A stretch of DNA of 64,000 nt from Solirubrobacteraceae bacterium (GCA_024711025.1 JANJTP010000019.1:10005-74004); one strand, 5' to 3'. Counted from the first letter of the stretch, positions 52,625 through 61,164 are shown. Notes: generated by a model from the sequence alone, not told the origin. Translations and numbers: made by a program.

Positions 52625-54558
52625 TGGCGGGCGGGACCGGGCTTCGGGTGCCGGGGCGCCGCCGCGCCGGCCTCGCGCTCTCGTTGCTGGGGCTGCTTGC
52701 GCTCGCGTCCGCCGGCGCGCCGGCGTCCGCGCTCGGGGGGTTCTTCGCCGGCCGGCCGGTCGACGGGCCCGCACCGGAGGTCGTCGCGGTCGGCGACGTC
52801 GATCTGGGCCGCGACGGAGGCGGCGGCGTGGCATACGTGCGCCGCGACGGTGGGGAGAGCCATGCGTTCCTGTCGCTGCTGCGCGAAGGGCTGCCGCAGC
52901 CGGGCGCGCGCGTCGACGCCGGTCACGGGCCGATCGTCGGACGTCCCGCGCTCGCGGTCGGCGAGGGCGGGCGGCTCGCGGTGCTGTGGGCCGACGCGCA
53001 GGGCGTCTGGGCGAGGGTGCGCTCGACCGGGAGCGGGCCGCTCGGTGCGCCACAGCGCCTCGGGGGGCCGGGCGCGGCAGGTCCCGTCGCGGACATGACC
53101 GTGAGCGGCGTCGCGTACGCGGCTTGGAGCGAGAACGGCGACGTGCGTGCCGCCTACCTGCCGCGCCTGGCGCAGGCCTTCACCGCATACCCGGCTCCGC
53201 TCGACGCCGACCCGGCGAGGCTCGCGGGCACAGGCGCCGGCGCCTCGCTGCGCCCGCGCCTGGCGACCGCGGCCGACGGCGTGGGTCTTGCGGTGTGGGG
53301 CGAGCTCGACGGCTCGGGGGTCTCGCGGATCCGGGTCAGGCGCCTGGTCAAGGAGAGGCTGTCGGCGGTCGCTGCGGACGCGACGCCCGCCGGGCTGGGC
53401 GGCCGGAACGTCGGCTTCGCCGACCTCCCGGACGTCGCGCTCGAGGACGACTCGAGCTTCGCCTGGGTGGTCTTCCGGCAGGCGATGGCGGATGGCTCGG
53501 GGCGCGTGCGCGCGGTCGTCCGGCGCCTGCGCGGCTCGGCGTTCGACGAGGCGGCGACGTTCGACGGCGCGCCGTCGGCCGGCGCGGTGGAGACGCCGCG
53601 CGTCGCGGCCAACGGCCGTGGCTGGGGCATCGCGACCGTCGAGGTGCCGGGAGGGACGGTGCTCGCGGCGGCGATCCGCGATGAGGGGCCGGCGGCGCCG
53701 CAGGCGATCGGCCCTGGTGCGGGCGTCGTGCCCTCGCCGGTGGCCGCCTACGCGCAGAGCTACGACGGCGTCGTCGCCTGGCTGCAGGCGAGCGGGCCGG
53801 GCACACCGGCGGCGCTCCGCGCGCGAGCGCTCGAGGACGCGGTGGCGGCGACCGCCGCGCCCATCTTCGGCGCCGCGGTCACGCTGTCGGACCCGGCGGG
53901 CGGCGGAGTCGATCCGCAGGCCGGTCACGACGCGGGCTCCAGTCGCGCCGGCGACGTCCTGATCGCCTACGTGGAGGGAGCCCCGGGCGCCCGGCGCCTC
54001 TCGGTGGCGGCCTACGACCAGCCGCCGCGCGCGCCCGATCCGCGCGCTACGCGCGGCTGGCGGCGCACGCCTCGCCCGGCGCTGGGATGGGCGTCGCCGC
54101 CGGACGTCTGGGGCGGGCTCGTCTACCGCGTGCTCGTCGACCGGCGGCCGGTCGGGGACACGGGCCGCGAGACGCTGAGGCCCGCAGCGCCGCTCGCCGA
54201 CGGGACGCACCGCTGGCAGGTCGTCGCCATCGACCGCCGCGGACAGCAGGCGGCCTCTGAGGTGCAGACGCTGCGCGTCGACACGACCCGGCCGACGCTC
54301 GGCCTGCGAGTGCTCGGCACGCGGCGCGTCGGAGCGCGACTGCGTCTGGCGGTGCGAGCGGGCGACGGACGCGGCTCGGGCGTGCGTGAGGCTCGCCTGA
54401 GCCTCGGTGACCGCTCGGCTTCGCGAGTCGTCGCCCCGGGCCGTGTCGTGCAGCACGCCTACCGGCGGGCCGGGCGCTACCGCCTCGTCGTCACCGCGCA
54501 CGACCGCGCCGGCAATGCGGCCACGCTGACGCGTACGATCGTGGTGAGGGGCTCGTGA
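52624..54558 (+). CDS. secreted protein of unknown function with Ig/PKD-like C-terminal modules
   Basis: In-frame part of ORF 51673..54558(+) from ATG 52624 (TGATG overlap with glpD). Signal peptide ...ALSLLGLLALASAGAPASA. The C-terminus shows beta-sandwich-like repeats (THRWQVVAIDRRGQQAASEVQTLRVDTTRP; YRLVVTAHDRAGNAATLTRTIVV). Confidence 0.65.
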   Translation: MAGGTGLRVPGRRRAGLALSLLGLLALASAGAPASALGGFFAGRPVDGPAPEVVAVGDVDLGRDGGGGVAYVRRDGGESHAFLSLLREGLPQPGARVDAGHGPIVGRPALAVGEGGRLAVLWADAQGVWARVRSTGSGPLGAPQRLGGPGAAGPVADMTVSGVAYAAWSENGDVRAAYLPRLAQAFTAYPAPLDADPARLAGTGAGASLRPRLATAADGVGLAVWGELDGSGVSRIRVRRLVKERLSAVAADATPAGLGGRNVGFADLPDVALEDDSSFAWVVFRQAMADGSGRVRAVVRRLRGSAFDEAATFDGAPSAGAVETPRVAANGRGWGIATVEVPGGTVLAAAIRDEGPAAPQAIGPGAGVVPSPVAAYAQSYDGVVAWLQASGPGTPAALRARALEDAVAATAAPIFGAAVTLSDPAGGGVDPQAGHDAGSSRAGDVLIAYVEGAPGARRLSVAAYDQPPRAPDPRATRGWRRTPRPALGWASPPDVWGGLVYRVLVDRRPVGDTGRETLRPAAPLADGTHRWQVVAIDRRGQQAASEVQTLRVDTTRPTLGLRVLGTRRVGARLRLAVRAGDGRGSGVREARLSLGDRSASRVVAPGRVVQHAYRRAGRYRLVVTAHDRAGNAATLTRTIVVRGS

Positions 54559-55307
54559 GCGAGCTGCTCGACGTCCTCGGGCCGCAGGCGACGCAAGCGG
54601 CGCAGACGTTCGTCGCGGGCCTCGGGCTGCACGAGGGCGAGGCCCGCGAGGGCAGGCCGCGGGTCGTCGTCGCGATGATCGGCTCGGCCGACGGCCGAGC
54701 CACCGTCCAGGGCCGCGCGGGCGGGCTCGGCAGTCCCGCCGACCGAGCGGTGCTGCGCGAGCTGCGCGCGGCGTCGGACGCCGTGCTCGTCGGTGCGGGC
54801 ACGCTGCTCGCCGAGCGGTACGCGACGGTTCTCGACCCTCACCAGCGCGCGCGGCGCGCCGCTCGCGGGCTTCCGGCGGACCCGCTCGTCGCGACGATCT
54901 CGCGGGCGCTCGACCGCGATCTGGCGGGCGTGCCGCTGTTCGGCGAGCCGCAGGCGCGCCTCCAGGTGTACACGGAGGCGGAGGGCGCGGCGCCGTCGCG
55001 GGGGGCCCAGGTCGCGGTCCACCGCTTCGAGGCCGGCGCGCTGACGGCCCGGGCCTGCCTCGAGCACCTGCGGGCCGAGCGCGGCGTGCGCGTCGTCGCG
55101 TGCGAGGGCGGCCCGACCCTGCTCCGAGAGCTGGTCGCGGAGCGGCTCGTCGACGACCTGGTCCTGACCGTGGCGCCGATGCTCGTCGCCGGCACGGGGC
55201 GCAGCGTGCTGCACGGCCCTGTGCTCGACCCCCCGGTCCGGATGCGCCTGCTCGACGTGCTGCGCGGCGGCGATCACCTGTTCCTGCGTTACGTTCCCGA
55301 GCGATGA
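54555..55307 (+). CDS. RibD C-terminal-domain / DHFR-like reductase family protein
   Basis: ORF 54555..55307(+) with GTGA overlap. Pattern VVVAMIGSADGRATVQG...ADRAVLRELRAASDAVLVGAGTL...ACEGGPTLLRELVAERLVDDLVLTVAPMLVAG. Confidence 0.75.
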   Translation: MSELLDVLGPQATQAAQTFVAGLGLHEGEAREGRPRVVVAMIGSADGRATVQGRAGGLGSPADRAVLRELRAASDAVLVGAGTLLAERYATVLDPHQRARRAARGLPADPLVATISRALDRDLAGVPLFGEPQARLQVYTEAEGAAPSRGAQVAVHRFEAGALTARACLEHLRAERGVRVVACEGGPTLLRELVAERLVDDLVLTVAPMLVAGTGRSVLHGPVLDPPVRMRLLDVLRGGDHLFLRYVPER

Positions 55308-56209
55308 CCGGTGCCGGACCGCTGACACTGCGCATTCCCGGGCGCGAGCTGTCGCTCCTGCCCGGCAGACCGCTCGTCATGGGGATCGTCAACGCCGGGA
55401 GCGACTCCTTCTCCGACGCGGTGCGCCACGCGAGCCTGGGGCAGCGCTTCGACCACGCGATGGGGCTGGTCGCCGACGGCGCCGACCTGATCGACGTCGG
55501 CGGCGAGTCCGGCGTGACGTACACCGCGCCGACCGTGCCCGACGTCGAGATCGAGCTCGTCGCCCCGCTCGTGGCGCGGCTCGTCGCCGAGGGCGTGACC
55601 GTCTCCGTGGACACCTGGAAGCCGGAGGTCGCGGGCGCGGCGGTCGAGGCCGGCGCGGCGATCCTCAACGACGTCAGCGGCCTGGCGGACGTCGGCCTGG
55701 CGGACGTCGCGGCGCGCAGCGGGTGCGCCCTGGTGCTGATGCATACGCGGGCGCGGCCCAAGCAGGTGAGCTTCCCCGACTACGGCGGGCGCGTCGTCGA
55801 GGACGTCGAGTCCTTCCTGGCCGATCGGATCGAGCTCGCGCGCTCGCGCGGCGTCGACTTCGGGCAGCTGATCGTCGACCCCGGACCCGACTTCGCCAAG
55901 ACCCCGAGCGAGAGCGCCGACGTGCTGCGCTCGCTGGCGCGGCTGCGCCGCCTCGGTCGCCCCGTGCTGCTGCCGGTCTCGCGCAAGTACGTGATCGGGG
56001 CGATCACCGGCCGCCCGCCGCACGAGCGCCTGGCGGGCACGCTCGCGGCGCTCGGGCACGGCGTCGCGGCCGGCGCCTCGATAGTGCGCGTTCACGATGT
56101 CGCGGCCGCCGTCGACTACCTCGCGGTGCGCCGCGTGCTCGACGGGCTCGACCCGTTCCCCGACTTCGACGGTGACGACGAGCGCCTGAAGTGGATCCGC
56201 GCGCAGTGA
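55304..56209 (+). CDS. folP: dihydropteroate synthase family protein
   Basis: In-frame part of ORF 55100..56209(+) from ATG 55304 (ATGA overlap). Pterin-binding barrel motifs VMGIVNAGSDSFSD, DVGGES, SVDTWKP, LNDVSG, VDPGPDFAKT, VRVHDV. Confidence 0.88.
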   Translation: MTGAGPLTLRIPGRELSLLPGRPLVMGIVNAGSDSFSDAVRHASLGQRFDHAMGLVADGADLIDVGGESGVTYTAPTVPDVEIELVAPLVARLVAEGVTVSVDTWKPEVAGAAVEAGAAILNDVSGLADVGLADVAARSGCALVLMHTRARPKQVSFPDYGGRVVEDVESFLADRIELARSRGVDFGQLIVDPGPDFAKTPSESADVLRSLARLRRLGRPVLLPVSRKYVIGAITGRPPHERLAGTLAALGHGVAAGASIVRVHDVAAAVDYLAVRRVLDGLDPFPDFDGDDERLKWIRAQ

Positions 56210-56245
56210 GATCGCAGTGAGATCGCAGTGAGCTCGCGGTGGGGT
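56202..56245. repeat. 11-nt tandem repeat x4 (CGCAGTGAGAT)
   Basis: CGCAGTGAGAT CGCAGTGAGAT CGCAGTGAGCT CGCGGTGGGGT. The first unit carries the folP stop. TGA triplets at 56207, 56218 and 56229 fall in all three frames. Confidence 0.9.
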
Positions 56246-56348
56246 CGCCGCGGAGCGCGCTAGCCTGCGCGGCTCAACGGGTCGCCGGCCGCTGTCGCAA
56301 CGCGGCCGGACGCCGACCGGCTCACCCACACCAGCACAAGGAGACTCC

Positions 56349-57599
56349 ATGTCCATCCTCACCAGCGAGGCGCTCGAGGGCAGCCCGCTCGCCGACCTCC
56401 ACGCGATCGCCTCGGAGATCGGGATCGACGGCTTCCGCCGGCTGCGCAAGGCCGACCTCGTCGCCGCGATCCTCGATCGCCAGGGCGGCGAGGCAGCGGA
56501 CGGCGGCAAGCCCGCCGCCGAGGAGCCGGCGCGCCCGCCGCGTCAGCGGCGCGAGCGACGCCAGCCGAGCGCCGCAGCCGAGACGGAGGCGGAGCCGGAG
56601 GTCGCCGCCGATGAGGAGCCGGCGCGCCCGCCGCGTCAGCGGCGCGAGCGGCGCCAGCCGAGCGCGGCAGCCGAGGCGGAGGCGCAGGCCGCCGCTCCCG
56701 AGTCGGTCGAAGGCGTCGTCGAGGTGCTCGGCAACGGCTCGGCGTTCATCCGCCTGAGCCCGCCGGATGCAAGCGAGGGCGACGTCTACGTCTCGGCCGC
56801 GCAGGTGAGGCGCTGCGAGCTGGTCTCGGGAGACCGGGTCGGTGGCCCGGTCCGCCGCCCGCGCCGCTCCGAGCGCCATCCCTCGCTCGTGCGGGTCGAG
56901 ACGATCAACGGCGCCGGCGCCGACGAGGTCGCCGCCGGAACGCCGTACGACGAGCTGCCGGCTGCGTTCCCCACGACCCCGGTGACCTTCGCCTCCAAGC
57001 ACGCGACGCTCCTCGAGATCGCGAGGATCGCGCCGATCGGCCGTGGCTCGCGCGTCAGCGTCACCGGCGCCCCGGGCTCCGGCCGCACGACGACGCTGCG
57101 CGCGCTGGCGGTCGAGCTCGCGGCACAGGAGGGCGTCGAGCTGCGCCTCGTGCTCGCCGGCACGAGGCCCGAGGAGCGTGCGGAGTGGGCCGCCGCCGAG
57201 CTCGAGCCGGTCGCGACGACAGGGCTCGGCGCGGCGCCCGACACGCAGTCCCAGGCGCTCGAGCGGGTCGTCGAGGAGGCGCGCCGCAGCGTCGCCCGCG
57301 GTGGCCACGTGGCGATCGTCGTCGACTCGCTCGACGCCGTCTCGGCGCCGGTGGCGCGCCGGGCGCTCGCCGCGGCGCGCAACGTGCCCGACGGCGGCTC
57401 GCTGACCGTCGTGGCGGCCGCGCGTGAGCCGCTCGGCGGCGAGACGACGGTGATCGCGCTCGACGCCCGCGCGGGCGCCGTCGAGCGCCGCCCGGTGCTC
57501 GATCCGGTCGCGAGCTTCACGTTGCGCCTCGACGTGCTGGTGGGCGCGCGCAAGGCGACGACGATCGCCAAGGCCCGCGCCAAGGCGATCACCGGCTGA
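56349..57599 (+). CDS. Rho-like transcription termination factor homolog with degenerate ATPase motifs
   Basis: ORF 56349..57599(+) with AAGGAG 5 nt upstream. Rho_N (LADLHAIASEIGIDGFRRLRKADLVAAIL). An Arg-rich insertion with an internal 31-aa repeat. A cold-shock-like RNA-binding domain (GVVEVLGNGSAFIRL...DVYVSAAQVRRCELVSGDRVGGPVR). A RecA-type domain with P-loop GAPGSGRT (Arg in place of Lys) and LAGTRPEE where E. coli Rho has LIDERPEE. Confidence 0.8.
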   Translation: MSILTSEALEGSPLADLHAIASEIGIDGFRRLRKADLVAAILDRQGGEAADGGKPAAEEPARPPRQRRERRQPSAAAETEAEPEVAADEEPARPPRQRRERRQPSAAAEAEAQAAAPESVEGVVEVLGNGSAFIRLSPPDASEGDVYVSAAQVRRCELVSGDRVGGPVRRPRRSERHPSLVRVETINGAGADEVAAGTPYDELPAAFPTTPVTFASKHATLLEIARIAPIGRGSRVSVTGAPGSGRTTTLRALAVELAAQEGVELRLVLAGTRPEERAEWAAAELEPVATTGLGAAPDTQSQALERVVEEARRSVARGGHVAIVVDSLDAVSAPVARRALAAARNVPDGGSLTVVAAAREPLGGETTVIALDARAGAVERRPVLDPVASFTLRLDVLVGARKATTIAKARAKAITG

Positions 57600-57757
57600 C
57601 GGGGCCTCGAGCGGACGGCGCGCGGAGGGCGCGCGCCGGCTGAGGCTGCCCGTCGCGGGTCGGGCCATCGTGCGCGATGGCTCGACCGCGAGGGCCGGTG
57701 AAGCGAGTCCCTCGTCGCGGTCCGCGGTCTGCGCGGTCCGCGGCGGCGGGTCGTCGT

Positions 57758-58234
57758 CTAGGAGGCCGCCGACCGGGGGATGTAGGCGACCCGGCCCCAC
57801 GAGGGCTCGGGCGCCAGCTCGACCGGCTCGTCGCCGCGGTCGGGCTGGACGTAGTCGAACGTCCCGCTCTCCGCGTCGAAGCGCACGTCCAGCTCGCCCT
57901 CCTTGACGCGCTGGTCGAGCCATGCGGAGCGGAAGACGAGTCGCCGCAGCCAGTGCACCAGCGAGCGGTCGGCGGGACCGACGAGGTCCGGCCAGCAGTC
58001 GTTCACGTGCTCGCCGAGCGCCGAGGCGGGCTCGTGGATCTCGCCGTTGACGGCGAGGTTGACGAGGTCCTCGAGCTCGGGCTCGTCGAGCGTCCCGCCG
58101 ACGAAGCCGAGCCGTCGCGCGGCCTGCTCGCAGCGCTCGGCGAAGTCGCGCTCGTTGAACGTGAAGCGAAGCTCGCCGTATTCGAGGACGAAGTCCTCGC
58201 CGGAGTTGTAGTTGCCGCGAACGTGTGCGTCCAT
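57758..58234 (-). CDS. hypothetical acidic cytoplasmic protein
   Basis: In-frame part of ORF 57758..59062(-) from ATG 58234, 158 aa. Non-biased composition (MDAHVRGNYNSGEDFVLEYGELRFTFNERDFAERCEQAARRLGF...). No family recognised. Confidence 0.5.
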   Translation of the reverse strand: MDAHVRGNYNSGEDFVLEYGELRFTFNERDFAERCEQAARRLGFVGGTLDEPELEDLVNLAVNGEIHEPASALGEHVNDCWPDLVGPADRSLVHWLRRLVFRSAWLDQRVKEGELDVRFDAESGTFDYVQPDRGDEPVELAPEPSWGRVAYIPRSAAS

Positions 58235-58440
58235 GAGGGTCTCAGAAGCAGAGCGCCCGACGAATCTGTCGGGCGCTGCGAAGCTCGTCGGGATCCTATG
58301 TCCGATCCCTGCTCGGTCGGCAGGGCTGAACGGGAAGTTGCACCTTCTCCCGCATGTTGCGGGAATCCGGGGCATCGCCGGCGCTCGGGGCGCCCGCGTC
58401 CCGCTCGCGGCCGCCTTCGGCGGGTCGCCGCCACGGCACT

Positions 58441-58516
58441 CGGTGGCGACGGTCCCGGCCGGTGTGCGATGGTCCCGGCCGGTGTGCGACGGTCCCGGCC
58501 GGTGGCGGCGGTCCCC
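58441..58516. repeat. 20-nt tandem repeat x3-4 (GGTCCCGGCCGGTGTGCGAY)
   Basis: Units at 58451-58470, 58471-58490 and 58491-58510, with partial flanks. They lie in the divergent intergenic region between the 58234(-) and 58586(+) starts. Confidence 0.9.
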
Positions 58517-58585
58517 ATCCGCTTTCGCTGCGCGCCGGCTGGGAGTAGGCTGCATGCGGTCGAGAGGAGAGGAGAGGATCGTGCG

Positions 58586-58963
58586 ATGAGCGATCTTCAG
58601 AGCAGGCGCTTCGACACGCCGGACGAAGTTCGTGCGTTCCAGGCTCACGGTCACATCGATCTCGTGAACCTGGACAGCGGCCCCGTCGGCAAGGGGACCT
58701 TCGAGCCGGGCTGGCGATGGTCGAGCGACGTCAAGCCCCTCGCGGGAACCGACAGCTGTCAGGTCGACCACATCGGCTACGTCGTCTCCGGGCGCATGAA
58801 GGTCGTCATGGACGATGGCGAGGAGGTCGAGGTGGGGCCCGGGGACGCGTTCCACCTGCCGCCCGGGCACGACGCGTGGACCGTCGGCGACGAGCCGTGC
58901 GTGATGGTCGACTTCGGCGGGCTGAGGGGCTACGCCCAGCCCGGCGACAAGCGTCCCGGGTGA
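58586..58963 (+). CDS. cupin domain protein
   Basis: In-frame part of ORF 57677..58963(+) from ATG 58586. A purine-rich GAGAGGAGAGGAGAGGA lies upstream. Cupin barrel motifs HIGYVVSGRMKVVMDDGEEVEVGPGDAFHLPPGHDAW. Confidence 0.8.
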   Translation: MSDLQSRRFDTPDEVRAFQAHGHIDLVNLDSGPVGKGTFEPGWRWSSDVKPLAGTDSCQVDHIGYVVSGRMKVVMDDGEEVEVGPGDAFHLPPGHDAWTVGDEPCVMVDFGGLRGYAQPGDKRPG

Positions 58964-58977
58964 AGCGCTGAGCCGTC

Positions 58978-59454
58978 TCAGCGGTCGCCGGTGTGCTGGG
59001 CGCGGTCCCACCAGAGGGCCGCGCCGGCGAGCATCGCGAGCGTTGCGGGCAGCGCGAGCCACGCGGGCGCGCGGGTGCTGACGAGTTCACCGGGCTGCGG
59101 CCCGTCGAGCAGGCGCAGCCCGACGAGCACGACGCCGACGGCGCCGACCACCAGCGCCGCGAGAGCCGGCGCGACCAGAGCCGCGCCGGTGGCCAGTCCG
59201 GTCAGAGCGAGCGCGGCGCCGCCGACGACGACCGTCAGCAGCAGCGCGTCGGAGAGCAGGCCGTAGGGCTCCCAGCCGTTCGCGCTGGTGGCGAAGCCGG
59301 CCTCGCGTGCGAGCTGCGCCGCGAAGCGCTCGCCGCCGGGGAGTCTCCCGAGGCGCACCTCGTACCAGGTCATCAGCGAGAGGACGAGCAGTGCCAGCGC
59401 CCCCGCCAGGACGAGCAGCGGGCCGCTGAGGGGGCGTACGCGCACGGCGGGCAT
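58978..59454 (-). CDS. hypothetical membrane protein (4 TM)
   Basis: ORF 58978..59487(-). ATG 59454 is preferred (MPAVRVRPLSGPLLVLAGALALLVLSLMTWY...). Four hydrophobic helices. No family recognised. Confidence 0.55.
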   Translation of the reverse strand: MPAVRVRPLSGPLLVLAGALALLVLSLMTWYEVRLGRLPGGERFAAQLAREAGFATSANGWEPYGLLSDALLLTVVVGGAALALTGLATGAALVAPALAALVVGAVGVVLVGLRLLDGPQPGELVSTRAPAWLALPATLAMLAGAALWWDRAQHTGDR

Positions 59455-59533
59455 CGTACGGGCCCGTGCGCGAGGGACGGAGAACACGCGGGGAGGATGG
59501 GTCGTCGTGCGTCCGCGGGCTCGTCCCGAGAAC

Positions 59534-59650
59534 GTGGTGCCGGCCCGGGCACGTGGCTCAAGGCGGCGCTTGGCCTGTGTGGCCGGCGGCGGTGTGGTGC
59601 CGGCCCGGGCACGTGGCCGGCGACGGTGTGACCTGTGTGTGACTGGATGG
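59534..59650. repeat. ~60-nt imperfect tandem repeat x2 upstream of the OmpR-family gene
   Basis: A 24-mer, GTGGTGCCGGCCCGGGCACGTGGC, occurs identically at 59534-59557 and 59594-59617. Each copy is followed ~16 nt later by CCTGTGTG. The 24-mer contains a GTGCC...GGCAC inverted repeat. Confidence 0.85.
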
Positions 59651-59685
59651 GGGGAGAGACGCTGCCGTCGTCCTCTACGGAGGGC

Positions 59686-60420
59686 ATGACGAATCGCGAC
59701 CGCTCAACGCTCCTGCTGATCGAGGCCGACGACGCCACGCGCACGTTCCTCGCCGACAACCTGGCCGCCGACGGCCACGAGATGCTCGTCGCGGGCGGCG
59801 CGCGCGACGGGCTGGCGCTGCTGGAAGCGAAGTACCCGGATCTCGTCGTGCTGGACGTCGCCCTCCCCGACGCATCCGGCCTCGACCTGCTCGAGCACGT
59901 GCGCTCGGCGGACGGGATCGCCAGCCGGATCGATCCTCAGCTTCCGGTGATCGTGCTGATCGCGCGGGACGGGGAGCTCGACCGCGTTCGCGCCTTCGAA
60001 CGCGGCGCCGACGACGTGCTCGCCAAGCCCTGCTCGTACCGCGAGCTGCGCTGCCGTGTCGAGGCGCTGCTGCGCCGCAGCGGACGTCGGCCGGGTGCCG
60101 GGCGGCTGAGGGTCGGCGAGCTCGAGATCGACACCAGCTCGCGGACCGTGCATCGTGGCGGCGAGAGGCTCGAGCTGAGCGCCAAGGAGTTCGCGCTCGC
60201 CCGGATGCTGGCGAGCGATCCCACGCGCGTCTTCTCCAAGAGCGAGCTCCTGCGCTCGATCTGGGGACACGCGACCGTCGGGACGACGAGGACGTTGGAC
60301 TCGCACGCATGCCGCCTGCGGCGCAAGCTCGGCCCGGGCTACGTCGTGAACGTCTGGGGCGTGGGCTATCGACTCGTCGACGTCCCGGCGCACAGGGCGC
60401 CGCTTGCGCTCGCCGCATGA
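59686..60420 (+). CDS. OmpR/PhoB-family response regulator
   Basis: In-frame part of ORF 59635..60420(+) from ATG 59686. The receiver has the acceptor Asp (LVVLDVALPD) and Lys (DVLAKP). Winged-helix output domain (LELSAKEFALARMLASDP...VWGVGYRL). No kinase gene is adjacent. Confidence 0.9.
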   Translation: MTNRDRSTLLLIEADDATRTFLADNLAADGHEMLVAGGARDGLALLEAKYPDLVVLDVALPDASGLDLLEHVRSADGIASRIDPQLPVIVLIARDGELDRVRAFERGADDVLAKPCSYRELRCRVEALLRRSGRRPGAGRLRVGELEIDTSSRTVHRGGERLELSAKEFALARMLASDPTRVFSKSELLRSIWGHATVGTTRTLDSHACRLRRKLGPGYVVNVWGVGYRLVDVPAHRAPLALAA

Positions 60421-61076
60421 GCTCGCGCCGGCGCGCGGCGATCCTCGGCGGGCTGGCCGTCGTGCTCGGCTCGCTCGCGGCGTCCGAGGTCGCGGGACGC
60501 GAGACGGCGGTACGTCGGATGCTCGGGCCCGTCGTGCCGGTCGTCGTCGCCGACCGAGAGATCGAGCGAGGCGCGGCGATCGGCCTGCGCGACCTTGCCA
60601 TTCGTCACCTCCCGGCGCGCTACGCGCCGGGAGCGACGTTCGGCTCCCCGGTCCAGGTCGTCGGCGCCCGGGCCGCGGTCGCGATCCCGGCCGGCGCCGA
60701 TCTGCACCCTGCGCTGCTGGCGACAGGGGCGGAGCCCGCTGAGCAGGCGCTCGCCGGCGCACGACGCGGCGAGCGGATCGCCCGGATCGTCGCGGTCGGC
60801 GCGGCCGACGAGCTTCCGCCGGGCTCCCTGGCGGACGTGCTGATCACGCGCGAGGACGCCTCGGGCGCGGCGCGCACGCGGCTGGCCCTGCGCGCGGCCC
60901 GGGTCGTCTCCTCCGAGCGTGCACCCGCTCCGCCGGAGGGCGAGGGAGCCGCGCTGCCGCGTGTCGTCCTCGGGCTGCGTGTCAGCCTCGCCCAGGCGGT
61001 CGAGCTGACGCAGGCGCAGGCCGGCGCGCGTGAGCTGCGCGTGTTGCCCCTGCCGCCCGGGCCCATGCCCGACTGA
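60417..61076 (+). CDS. cpaB: Flp/Tad pilus assembly protein CpaB (RcpC) family
   Basis: In-frame part of ORF 60309..61076(+) from ATG 60417 (ATGA overlap with the regulator). N-terminal TM, a SAF-like segment VVVADREIERGAAIGLRDLAIRHLP, and a C-terminal RcpC-like region. The Tad context (CpaF downstream) supports the call. Confidence 0.7.
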   Translation: MSSRRRAAILGGLAVVLGSLAASEVAGRETAVRRMLGPVVPVVVADREIERGAAIGLRDLAIRHLPARYAPGATFGSPVQVVGARAAVAIPAGADLHPALLATGAEPAEQALAGARRGERIARIVAVGAADELPPGSLADVLITREDASGAARTRLALRAARVVSSERAPAPPEGEGAALPRVVLGLRVSLAQAVELTQAQAGARELRVLPLPPGPMPD

Positions 61077-61164
61077 ACCGCGTTCGGCTCGGGTCCTTCC
61101 ACATCGGCTGAGCGCCCGCCCTGCGCCGCTCAAGGTTCGCGCCGCAGAGCCGATACGGGTCGCG

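Noticed and set aside
52384-55761. 1125-aa ORF on the minus strand, the longest in the track
   Set aside because: It is antisense to four well-supported plus-strand genes (glpD end, secreted protein, RibD_C, folP). Its composition is dominated by Arg/Ala/Pro/Gly with no motif. This is the typical stop-codon-poor antisense frame of very GC-rich DNA.
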